The translations under genes were made by a program, and so were the position numbers. From the NCBI RefSeq assembly GCF_009914755.1, contig NC_060943.1: a stretch of 64,000 bases of DNA. One strand, given 5' to 3'. How positions within the stretch are numbered: the first letter of the stretch is position 1; each line of letters begins with the position of its first letter. This document shows, piece after piece, positions 38,601 through 51,500 of this stretch. The stretch is from the human T2T-CHM13v2.0 reference genome, Homo sapiens. Below the pieces are notes generated by a model that was given only the letters and a program-made list of their open reading frames with translations, did not search any database and was not told the DNA's origin.

Positions 38601-41600
38601 GTGTTGTGTGTATTCAACTCACAGAGTTGAACGATCCTTTACACAGAGCAGACTTGAAACACTCTTTTTGTGGAATTTGCAAGTGGAGATTTCAGCCGCT
38701 TTGAAGTCAATGGTAGAATAGGAAATATCTTCCTATAGAAACTAGACAGAATGATTCTCAGAAACTCCTTTGTGATGTGTGCGTTCAACTCACACAGTTT
38801 AACCTTTCTTTTCATAGAGCTGTTAGGAAACACTCTGTTTGTAAAGTCTGCAAGTGGATATTCAGACCTCCTTGAGGCCTTCGTTGGAAACGGGATTTCT
38901 TCATATTATGCTAGACAGAAGAATTCTCAGTAACTTCCTTGTGTTGTGTGTATTCAACTCACAGAGTTGAACGATCCTTTACACACAGCAGACTTGAAAC
39001 ACTCTTTTTGTGGAATTTGCAAGTGGAGATTTCAGCCGCTTTGAGTTCAATGGTAGAATAGGAAATATCTTCCTATAGAAACTAGACAGAATGATTCTCA
39101 GAAACTCCTTTGTGATGTGTGCGTTCAACTCACAGAGTTCAACCTTTCTTTTCATAGAGCAGTTGGGAAACACTCTGTTTGTAAAGTCTGCAAGTGGATA
39201 TTCAGACTTCTTTGAGGCCTTCGTTGGAAGCGGGATTTCTTCATGTTCTGCTAGACAGAAGAATTCTCAGAAACTTCCTTGTGTTGTGTGTTTTCAACTC
39301 ACAGAGTTGAACGATCCTTTACACAGAGCAGACTTGAAACATTCCTTTTGTGGAATTTGCAAGTGGAGATTTCAGCCGCTTTGAGGTCAATGGTAGAATA
39401 GGAAATATCTTCCTATAGAAAGTAGACAGAATGATTCTCAGAAACTCCTTTGTGATGTGTGCGTTCAACTCACAGAGTTTAACCTTTCTTTTCATAGAGC
39501 AGTTAGGAAACACTCTGTTTGTAAAGTCTGCAAGTGGATATTCAGACCTCCTTGAGGCCTTCGTTGGAAACGGGATTTCTTCATATTATGCTAGACAGAA
39601 GAATTCTCAGTAACTTCCTTGTGTTGTGTGTATTCAACTCACAGAGTTGAACGATCCTTTACACAGAGCAGACTTGAAACACTCTTTTTGTGGAATTTGC
39701 AAGTGGAGATTTCAGCCGCTTTGAGGTCAATGGTAGAATAGGAAATATCTTCCTATAGAAACTAGACAGAATGATTCTCAGAAACTCCTTTGTGATGTGT
39801 GCGTTCAACTCACAGAGTTCAACCTTTCTTTTCATAGAGCAGTTGGAAAACACTCTGTTTGTAAAGTCTGCAAGTGGATATTCAAACTTCTTTGAGGCCT
39901 TCGTTGGAAGCGGGATATCTTCATATTCTGCTAGACAGAAGAATTCTCAGTAACTGCCTTGTGTTGTGTGTATTCAACTCACAGAGTTGAACGATCCTTT
40001 ACACAGAGCAGACTTGAAACACTCTTTTTGTGGAATTTGCAAGTGGAGATTTCAGCCGCTTTGAGGTCAATGGTAGAATAGGAAATATCTTCCTATAGAA
40101 ACTAGACAGAATGATTCTCAGAAACTCCTTTGTGATGTGTGCGTTCAACTCACAGAGTTTACCCTTTCTTTTCATAGAGCAGTTAGGAAACACTCTGTTT
40201 GTAAAGTCTGCAAGTGGATATTCAGACATCCTTGAGGCTTTCGTTGGAAACGGGATTTCTTCATATTCTGCTAGAAAGAAGAATTCTCAGTAACTTCCTT
40301 GTGTTGTGTGTATTCAACTCACAGAGTTGAACGATCCTTTACACAGAGCAGACTTGAAACACTCTTTTTGTGGAATTTGCAAGTGGAGATTTCAGCCGCT
40401 TTGAGGTCAATGGTAGAATAGGAAATATCTTCCTATAGAAACTAGACAGAATGATTCTCAGAAACTCCTTTGTGATGTACGCGTTCAACTCACAGAGTTT
40501 AACCTTTCTTTTCATAGAGCAGTTAGGAAACACTCTGTTTGTAAAGTCTGCAAGTGGATATTCAGACATCCTTGAGGCTTTCGTTGGAAACGGGATTTCT
40601 TCATATTCTGCTAGAAAGAAGAATTCTCAGTAACTTCCTTGTGTTGTGTGTATTCAACTCACAGAGTTGAACGATCCTTTACACAGAGCAGACTTGAAAC
40701 ACTCTTTTTGTGGAATTTGCAAGTGGAGATTTCAGCCGCTTTGAGTTCAATGGTAGAATAGGAAATATCTTCCTATAGAAACTAGACAGAATGATTCTCA
40801 GAAACTCCTTTGTGATGTGTGCGTTCAACTCACAGAGTTCAACCTTTCTTTTCATAGAGCAGTTGGGAAACACTCTGTTTGTAAAGTCTGCAAGTGGATA
40901 TTCAGACTTCTTTGAGGCCTTCGTTGGAAGCGGGATTTCTTCATGTTCTGCTAGACAGAAGAATTCTCAGTAACTGCCTTGTGTTGTGTGTATTCAACTC
41001 ACAGAGTTGAACGATCCTTTACACAGAGCAGACTTGAAACACTCCTTTTGTGGAATTTGCAAGTGGAGATTTCAGCCGCTTTGAGGTCAATGGTAGAATA
41101 GGAAATATCTTCCTATAGAAACTAGACAGAATGATTCTCAGAAACTCCTTTGTGATGTGTGCGTTCAACTCACAGAGTTTAACCTTTCTTTTCATAGAGC
41201 AGTTAGGAAACACTCTGTTTGTAAAGTCTGCAAGTGGATATTCAGACATCCTTGAGGCTTTCGTTGGAAACGGGATTTCTTCATATTCTGCTAGAAAGAA
41301 GAATTCTCAGTAACTTCCTTGTGTTGTGTGTATTCAACTCACAGAGTTGAACGATCCTTTACACAGAGCAGACTTGAAACACTCTTTTTGTGGAATTTGC
41401 AAGTGGAGATTTCAGCCGCTTTGAGGTCAATGGTAGAATAGGAAATATCTTCCTATAGAAACTAGACAGAATGATTCTCAGAAACTCCTTTGTGATGTGT
41501 GCATTCAACTCACAGAGTTTAACCTTTCTTTTCATAGAGCAGTTAGGAAACACTCTGTTTGTAAAGTCTGCAAGTGGATATTCAGACGTACTTGAGGCTT

Positions 41601-44600
41601 TCGTTGGAAACGGGATTTCTTCATATTCTGCTAGAAAGAAGAATTCTCAGTAACTTCCTTGTGTTGTGTGTATTCAACTCACAGAGTTGAACGATCCTTT
41701 ACACAGAGCAGACTTGAAACACTCTTTTTGTGGAATTTGCAAGTGGAGATTTCAGCCGCTTTGAGGTCAATGGTAGAATAGGAAATATCTTCCTATAGAA
41801 ACTAGACAGAATGATTCTCAGAAACTCCTTTGTGATGTGTGCGTTCAACTCACAGAGTTTAACCTTTCTTTTCATAGAGCAGTTGGGAAACACTCTGTTT
41901 GTAAAGTCTGCAAGTGGATATTCAGACCTCCTTGAGGCTTTCGTTGGAAACGGGATTTCTTCATATTCTGCTAGAAAGAAGAATTCTCAGTAACTTCCTT
42001 GTGTTGTGTGTATTCAACTCACAGAGTTGAACGATCCTTTACACAGAGCAGACTTGAAACACTCTTTTTGTGGAATTTGCAAGTGGAGATTTCAGCCGCT
42101 TTGAGTTCAATGGTAGAATAGGAAATATCTTCCTATAGAAACTAGACAGAATGATTCTCAGAAACTCCTTTGTGATGTGTGCGTTCAACTCACAGAGTTC
42201 AACCTTTCTTTTCATAGAGCAGTTGGGAAACACTCTGTTTGTAAAGTCTGCAAGTGGATATTCAGACTTCTTTGAGGCCTTCGTTGGAAGCGGGATTTCT
42301 TCATATTCTGCTAGACAGAAGAATTCTCAGTAACTGCCTTGTGTTGTGTGTATTCAACTCACAGAGTTGAACTATCCTTTACACAGAGCAGACTTGAAAC
42401 ACTCTTTTTGTGGAATTTGCAAGTGGAGATTTCAGCCGCTTTGAGGTCAATGGTAGAATAGGAAATATCTTCCTATAGAAACTAGACAGAATGATTCTCA
42501 GAAACTCCTTTGTGATGTGTGCGTTCAACTCACAGAGTTTACCCTTTCTTTTCATAGAGCAGTTAGGAAACACTCTGTTTGTAAAGTCTGCAAGTGGATA
42601 TTCAGACATCCTCGAGGCTTTCGTTGGAAACGGGATTTCTTCATATTCTGCTAGAAAGAAGAATTCTCAGTAACTTCCTTGTGTTGTGTGTATTCAACTC
42701 ACAGAGTTGAACGATCCTTTACACAGAGCAGACTTGAAACACTCTTTTTGTGGAATTTGCAAGTGGAGATTTCAGCCGCTTTGAGTTCAATGGTAGAATA
42801 GGAAATATCTTCCTATAGAAACTAGACAGAATGATTCTCAGAAACTCCTTTGTGATGTGTGCGTTCAACTCACAGAGTTCAACCTTTCTTTTCATAGAGC
42901 AGTTGGGAAACACTCTGTTTGTAAAGTCTGCAAGTGGATATTCAGACTTCTTTGAGGCCTTCGTTGGAAGCGGGATTTCTTCATGTTCTGCTAGACAGAA
43001 GAATTCTCAGTAACTGCCTTGTGTTGTGTGTATTCAACTCACAGAGTTGAACGATCCTTTACACAGAGCAGACTTGAAACACTCCTTTTGTGGAATTTGC
43101 AAGTGGAGATTTCAGCCGCTTTGAGGTCAATGGTAGAATAGGAAATATCTTCCTATAGAAACTAGACAGAATGATTCTCAGAAACTCCTTTGTGATGTGT
43201 GCGTTCAACTCACAGAGTTTAACCTTTCTTTTCATAGAGCAGTTAGGAAACACTCTGTTTGTAAAGTCTGCAAGTGGATATTCAGACATCCTTGAGGCTT
43301 TCGTTGGAAACGGGATTTCTTCATATTCTGCTAGAAAGAAGAATTCTCAGTAACTTCCTTGTGTTGTGTGTATTCAACTCACAGAGTTGAACGATCCTTT
43401 ACACAGAGCAGACTTGAAACACTCTTTTTGTGGAATTTGCAAGTGGAGATTTCAGCCGCTTTGAGGTCAATGGTAGAATAGGAAATATCTTCCTATAGAA
43501 ACTAGACAGAATGATTCTCAGAAACTCCTTTGTGATGTGTGCGTTCAACTCACAGAGTTTAACCTTTCTTTTCATAGAGCAGTTAGGAAACACTCTGTTT
43601 GTAAAGTCTGCAAGTGGATATTCAGACGTACTTGAGGCTTTCGTTGGAAACGGGATTTCTTCATATTCTGCTAGAAAGAAGAATTCTCAGTAACTTCCTT
43701 GTGTTGTGTGTATTCAACTCACAGAGTTGAACGATCCTTTACACAGAGCAGACTTGAAACACTCTTTTTGTGGAATTTGCAAGTGGAGATTTCAGCCGCT
43801 TTGAGGTCAATGGTAGAATAGGAAATATCTTCCTATAGAAACTAGACAGAATGATTCTCAGAAACTCCTTTGTGATGTGTGCGTTCAACTCACAGAGTTT
43901 AACCTTTCTTTTCATAGAGCAGTTGGGAAACACTCTGTTTGTAAAGTCTGCAAGTGGATATTCAGACCTCCTTGAGGCTTTCGTTGGAAACGGGATTTCT
44001 TCATATTCTGCTAGAAAGAAGAATTCTCAGTAACTTCCTTGTGTTGTGTGTATTCAACTCACAGAGTTGAACGATCCTTTACACAGAGCAGACTTGAAAC
44101 ACTCTTTTTGTGGAATTTGCAAGTGGAGATTTCAGCCGCTTTGAGTTCAATGGTAGAATAGGAAATATCTTCCTATAGAAACTAGACAGAATGATTCTCA
44201 GAAACTCCTTTGTGATGTGTGCGTTCAACTCACAGAGTTCAACCTTTCTTTTCATAGAGCAGTTGGGAAACACTCTGTTTGTAAAGTCTGCAAGTGGATA
44301 TTCAGACTTCTTTGAGGCCTTCGTTGGAAGCGGGATTTCTTCATATTCTGCTAGACAGAAGAATTCTCAGTAACTGCCTTGTGTTGTGTGTATTCAACTC
44401 ACAGAGTTGAACGATCCTTTACACAGAGCAGACTTGAAACACTCCTTTTGTGGAATTTGCAAGTGGAGATTTCAGCCGCTTTGAGGTCAATGGTAGAATA
44501 GGAAATATCTTCCTATAGAAACTAGACAGAATGATTCTCAGAAACTCCTTTGTGATGTGTGCGTTCAACTCACAGAGTTTAACCTTTCTTTTCATAGAGC

Positions 44601-47600
44601 AGTTAGGAAACACTCTGTTTGTAAAGTCTGCAAGTGGATATTCAGACATCTTTGAGGCTTTCGTTGGAAACGGGATTTCTTCATATTCTGCTAGAAAGAA
44701 GAATTCTCAGTAACTTCCTTGTGTTGTGTGTATTCAACTCACAGAGTTGAACGATCCTTTACACAGAGCAGACTTGAAACACTCTTTTTGTGGAATTTGC
44801 AAGTGGAGATTTCAGCCGCTTTGAGGTCAATGGTAGAATAGGAAATATCTTCCTATAGAAACTAGACAGAATGATTCTCAGAAACTCCTTTGTGATGTGT
44901 GCGTTCAACTCACAGAGTTTAACCTTTCTTTTCATAGAGCAGTTAGGAAACACTCTGTTTGTAAAGTCTGCAAGTGGATATTCAGACGTCCTTGAGGCTT
45001 TCGTTGGAAACGGGATTTCTTCATATTCTGCTAGAAAGAAGAATTCTCAGTAACTTCCTTGTGTTGTGTGTATTCAACTCACAGAGTTGAACGATCCTTT
45101 ACACAGAGCAGACTTGAAACACTCTTTTTGTGGAATTTGCAAGTGGAGATTTCAGCCGCTTTGAGGTCAATGGTAGAATAGGAAATATCTTCCTATAGAA
45201 ACTAGACAGAATGATTCTCAGAAACTCCGTTGTGATGTGTGCGTTCAACTCACAGAGTTTAACCTTTCTTTTCATAGAGCAGTTGGGAAACACTCTGTTT
45301 GTAAAGTCTGCAAGTGGATATTCAGACCTCCTTGAGGCTTTCGTTGGAAACGGGATTTCTTCATATTCTGCTAGAAAGAAGAATTCTCAGTAACTTCCTT
45401 GTGTTGTGTGTATTCAACTCACAGAGTTGAACGATCCTTTACACAGAGCAGACTTGAAACACTCTTTTTGTGGAATTTGCAAGTGGAGATTTCAGCCGCT
45501 TTGAGTTCAATGGTAGAATAGGAAATATCTTCCTATAGAAACTAGACAGAATGATTCTCAGAAACTCCTTTGTGATGTGTGCGTTCAACTCACAGAGTTC
45601 AACCTTTCTTTTCATAGAGCAGTTGGGAAACACTCTGTTTGTAAAGTCTGCAAGTGGATATTCAGACTTCTTTGAGGCCTTCGTTGGAAGCGGGATTTCT
45701 TCATATTCTGCTAGACAGAAGAATTCTCAGTAACTGCCTTGTGTTGTGTGTATTCAACTCACAGAGTTGAACGATCCTTTACACAGAGCAGACTTGAAAC
45801 ACTCTTTTTGTGGAATTTGCAAGTGGAGATTTCAGCCGCTTTGAGGTCAATGGTAGAATAGGAAATATCTTCCTATAGAAACTAGACAGAATTGATTCTC
45901 AGAAACTCCTTTGTGATGTGTGCGTTCAACTCACAGAGTTTACCCTTTCTTTTCATAGAGCAGTTAGGAAACACTCTGTTTGTAAAGTCTGCAAGTGGAT
46001 ATTCAGACATCCTTGAGGCTTTCGTTGGAAACGGGATTTCTTCATATTCTGCTAGAAAGGAGAATTCTCAGTAACTTCCTTGTGTTGTGTGTATTCAACT
46101 CACAGAGTTGAACGATCCTTTACACAGAGCAGACTTGAAACACTCTTTTTGTGGAATTTGCAAGTGGAGATTTCAGCCGCTTTGAGGTCAATGGTAGAAT
46201 AGGAAATATCTTCCTATAGAAACTAGACAGAATGATTCTCAGAAACTCCTTTGTGATGTGTGCGTTCAACTCACAGAGTTTAACCTTTCTTTTCATAGAG
46301 CAGTTAGGAAACACTCTGTTTGTAAAGTCTGCAAGTGGATATTCAGACATCCTTGAGGCTTTCGTTGGAAACGGGATTTCTTCATATTCTGCTAGAAAAA
46401 AGAATTCTCAGTAACTAACTTGTGTTGTGTGTATTCAACTCACAGAGTTGAACGATCCTTTACACAGAGCAGACTTGAAACACTCTTTTTGTGGAATTTG
46501 CAAGTGGAGATTTCAGCCGCTTTGAGTTCAATGGTAGAATAGGAAATATCTTCCTATAGAAACTAGACAGAATGATTCTCAGAAACTCCTTTGTGATGTG
46601 TGCGTTCAACTCACAGAGTTCAACCTTTCTTTTCATAGAGCAGTTGGGAAACACTCTGTTTGTAAAGTCTGCAAGTGGATATTCAGACTTCTTTGAGGCC
46701 TTCGTTGGAAGCGGGATTTCTTCATGTTCTGCTAGACAGAAGAATTCTCAGTAACTGCCTTGTGTTGTGTGTATTCAACTCACAGAGTTGAACGATCCTT
46801 TACACAGAGCAGACTTGAAACACTCCTTTTGTGGAATTTGCAAGTGGAGATTTCAGCCGCTTTGAGGTCAATGGTAGAATAGGAAATATCTTCCTATAGA
46901 AACTAGACAGAATGATTCTCAGAAACTCCTTTGTGATGTGTGCGTTCAACTCACAGAGTTTAACCTTTCTTTTCATAGAGCAGTTAGGAAACACTCTGTT
47001 TGTAAAGTCTGCAAGTGGATATTCAGACATCCTTGAGGCTTTCGTTGGAAACGGGATTTCTTCATATTCTGCTAGAAAGAAGAATTCTCAGTAACTTCCT
47101 TGTGTTGTGTGTATTCAACTCACAGAGTTGAACGATCCTTTACACAGAGCAGACTTGAAACACTCTTTTTGTGGAATTTGCAAGTGGAGATTTCAGCCGC
47201 TTTGAGGTCAATGGTAGAATAGGAAATATCTTCCTATAGAAACTAGACAGAATGATTCTCAGAAACTCCTTTGTGATGTGTGCGTTCAACTCACACAGTT
47301 TAACCTTTCTTTTCATAGAGCAGTTAGGAAACACTCTGTTTGTAAAGTCTGCAAGTGGATATTCAGACATCCTTGAGGCTTTCGTTGGAAACGGGATTTC
47401 TTCATATTCTGCTAGAAAGAAGAATTCTCAGTAACTTCCTTGTGTTGTGTGTATTCAACTCACAGAGTTGAACGATCCTTTACACAGAGCAGACTTGAAA
47501 CACTCTTTTTGTGGAATTTGCAAGTGGAGATTTCAGCCGCTTTGAGGTCAATGGTAGAATAGGAAATATCTTCCTATAGAAACTAGACAGAATGATTCTC

Positions 47601-48599
47601 AGAAACTCCTTTGTGATGTGTGCGTTCAACTCACAGAGTTTAACCTTTCTTTTCATAGAGCAGTTGGGAAACACTCTGTTTGTAAAGTCTGCAAGTGGAT
47701 ATTCAGACATCCTTGAGGCTTTCGTTGGAAACGGGATTTCTTCATATTCTGCTAGAAAGAAGAATTCTCAGTAACTTCCTTGTGTTGTGTGTATTCAACT
47801 CACAGAGTTGAACGATCCTTTACACAGAGCAGACTTGAAACACTCTTTTTGTGGAATTTGCAAGTGGAGATTTCAGCCGCTTTGAGGTCAATGGTAGAAT
47901 AGGAAATATCTTCCTATAGAAACTAGACAGAATGATTCTCAGAAACTCCTTTGTGATGTGTGCGTTCAACTCACACAGTTTAACCTTTCTTTTCATAGAG
48001 CAGTTAGGAAACACTCTGTTTGTAAAGTCTGCAAGTGGATATTCAGACCTCCTTGAGGCCTTCGTTGGAAACGGGATTTCTTCATATTATGCTAGACAGA
48101 AGAATTCTCAGTAACTTCCTTGTGTTGTGTGTATTCAACTCACAGAGTTGAACGATCCTTTACACAGAGCAGACTTGAAACACTCTTTTTGTGGAATTTG
48201 CAAGTGGAGATTTCAGCCGCTTTGAGTTCAATGGTAGAATAGGAAATATCTTCCTATAGAAACTAGACAGAATGATTCTCAGAAACTCCTTTGTGATGTG
48301 TGCGTTCAACTCACAGAGTTCAACCTTTCTTTTCATAGAGCAGTTGGGAAACACTCTGTTTGTAAAGTCTGCAAGTGGATATTCAGACTTATTTGAGGCC
48401 TTCGTTGGAAGCGGGATTTCTTCATATTCTGCTAGACAGAAGAATTCTCAGTAACTTCCTTGTGTTGTGTGTATTCAACTCACAGAGTTGAACGATCCTT
48501 TACACAGAGCAGACTTGAAACACTCCTTTTGTGGAATTTGCAAGTGGAGATTTCAGCCGCTTTGAGGTCAATGGTAGAATAGGAAATATCTTCCTATAG

Positions 48600-51500
48600 A
48601 AAGTAGACAGAATGATTCTCAGAAACTCCTTTGTGATGTGTGCGTTCAACTCACAGAGTTTAACCTTTCTTTTCATAGAGCAGTTAGGAAACACTCTGTT
48701 TGTAAAGTCTGCAAGTGGATATTCAGACCTCCTTGAGGCCTTCGTTGGAAACGGGATTTCTTCATATTATGCTAGACAGAAGAATTCTCAGTAACTTCCT
48801 TGTGTTGTGTGTATTCAACTCACAGAGTTGAACGATCCTTTACACAGAGCAGACTTGAAACACTCTTTTTGTGGAATTTGCAAGTGGAGATTTCAGCCGC
48901 TTTGAGTTCAAGGGTAGAATAGGAAATATCTTCCTATAGAAACTAGACAGAATGATTCTCAGAAACTCCTTTGTGATGTGTGCGTTCAACTCACAGAGTT
49001 CAACCTTTCTTTTAATAGAGCAGTTGGGAAACACTCTGTTTGTAAAGTCTGCTAGTGGATATTCAGACTTCTTTGAGGCCTTCGTTGGAAGCGGGATTTC
49101 TTCATATTCTGCTAGAGAGAAGAATTCTCAGTAACTTCCTTGTGTTGTGTGTATTCAACTCACAGAGTTGAACGATCCTTTACACAGAGCAGACTTGAAA
49201 CACTCTTTTTGTGGAATTTGCAAGTGGAGATTTCAGCCGCTTTGAGGTCAATGGTAGAATAGGAAATATCTTCCTATAGAAACTAGACAGAATGATTCTC
49301 AGAAACTCCTTTGTGATGTGTGCGTTCAACTCACAGAGTTTAACCTTTCTTTTCATAGAGCAGTTAGGAAACACTCTGTTTGTAAAGTCTGCAAGTGGAT
49401 ATTCAGACATCCTTGAGGCTTTCGTTGGAAACGGGATTTCTTCATATTCTGCTAGAAAGAAGAATTCTCAGTAACTTCCTTGTGTTGTGTGTATTCAACT
49501 CACAGAGTTGAACGATCCTTTACACAGAGCAGACTTGAAACACTCTTTTTGTGGAATTTGCAAGTGGAGATTTCAGCCGCTTTGAGGTCAATGGTAGAAT
49601 AGGAAATATCTTCCTATAGAAACTAGACAGAATGATTCTCAGAAACTCCTTTGTGATGTGTGCGTTCAACTCACAGAGTTTAACCTTTCTTTTCATAGAG
49701 CAGTTAGGAAACACTCTGTTTGTAAAGTCTGCAAGTGGATATTCAGACCTCCTTGAGGCCTTCGTTGGAAACGGGATTTCTTCATATTATGGTAGACAGA
49801 AGAATTCTCAGTAACTTCCTTGTGTTGTGTGTATTCAACTCACAGAGTTGAACGATCCTTTACACAGAGCAGACTTGAAACACTCTTTTTGTGGAATTTG
49901 CAAGTGGAGATTTCAGCCGCTTTGAGGTCAATGGTAGAATAGGAAATATCTTCCTATAGAAACTAGACAGAATGATTCTCAGAAACTCCTTTGTGATGTG
50001 TGCGTTCAACTCACAGAGTTCAACCTTTCTTTTCATAGAGCAGTTGGGAAACACTCTGTTTGTAAAGTCTGCAAGTGGATATTCAGACTTCTTTGAGGCC
50101 TTCGTTGGAAGCGGGATTTCTTCATATTCTGCTAGACAGAAGAATTCTCAGTAACTGCCTTGTGTTGTGTGTATTCAACTCACAGAGTTGAACGATCCTT
50201 TACACAGAGCAGACTTGAAACACTCTTTTTGTGGAATTTGCAAGTGGAGATTTCAGCCGCTTTGAGGTCAATGGTAGAATAGGAAATATCTTCCTATAGA
50301 AACTAGACAGAATGATTCTCAGAAACTCCTTTGTGATGTGTGCGTTCAACTCACAGAGTTTACCCTTTCTTTTCATAGAGCAGTTAGGAAACACTCTGTT
50401 TGTAAAGTCTGCAAGTGGATATTCAGACATCCTTGAGGCTTTCGTTGGAAACGGGATTTCTTCATATTCTGCCAGAAAGAAGAATTCTCAGTAACTTCCT
50501 TGTGTTGTGTGTATTCAACTCACAGAGTTGAACGATCCTTTACACAGAGCAGACTTGAAACACTCTTTTTGTGGAATTTGCAAGTGGAGATTTCAGCCGC
50601 TTTGAGGTCAATGGTAGAATAGGAAATATCTTCCTATAGAAACTAGACAGAATGATTCTCAGAAACTCCTTTGTGATGTGTGCGTTCAACTCACAGAGTT
50701 CAACCTTTCTTTTCATAGAGCAGTTGGGAAACACTCTGTTTGTAAAGTCTGCAAGTGGATATTCAGACTTCTTTGAGGCCTTCGTTGGAAGCGGGATTTC
50801 TTCATATTCTGCTAGACAGAAGAATTCTCAGTAACTGCCTTGTGTTGTGTGTATTCAACTCACAGAGTTGAACGATCCTTTACACAGAGCAGACTTGAAA
50901 CACTCTTTTTGTGGAATTTGCAAGTGGAGATTTCAGCCGCTTTGAGGTCAATGGTAGAATAGGAAATATCTTCCTATAGAAACTAGACAGAATGATTCTC
51001 AGAAACTCCTCTGTGATGTGTGCGTTCAACTCACAGAGTTTAACCTTTCTTTTCATAGAGAAGTTAGGAAACACTCTGTTTGTAAAGTCTGCAAGTGGAT
51101 ATTCAGACATCCTTGAGGCTTTCGTTGGAAACGGGATTTCTTCATATTCTGCTAGAAAGAAGAATTCTCAGTAACTTCCTTGTGTTGTGTGTATTCAACT
51201 CACAGAGTTGAACGATCCTTTACACAGAGCAGACTTGAAACACTCTTTTTGTGGAATTTGCAAGTGGAGATTTCAGCCGCTTTGAGGTCAATGGTAGAAT
51301 AGGAAATATCTTCCTATAGAAACTAGACAGAATGATTCTCAGAAACTCCTTTGTGATGTGTGCGTTCAACTCACAGAGTTTAACCTTTCTTTTCATAGCG
51401 CAGTTGGGAAACACTCTGTTTGTAAAGTCTGCAAGTGGATATTCAGACATCCTTGAGGCTTTCGTTGGAAACGGGATTTCTTCATATTCTGCTAGAAAGA

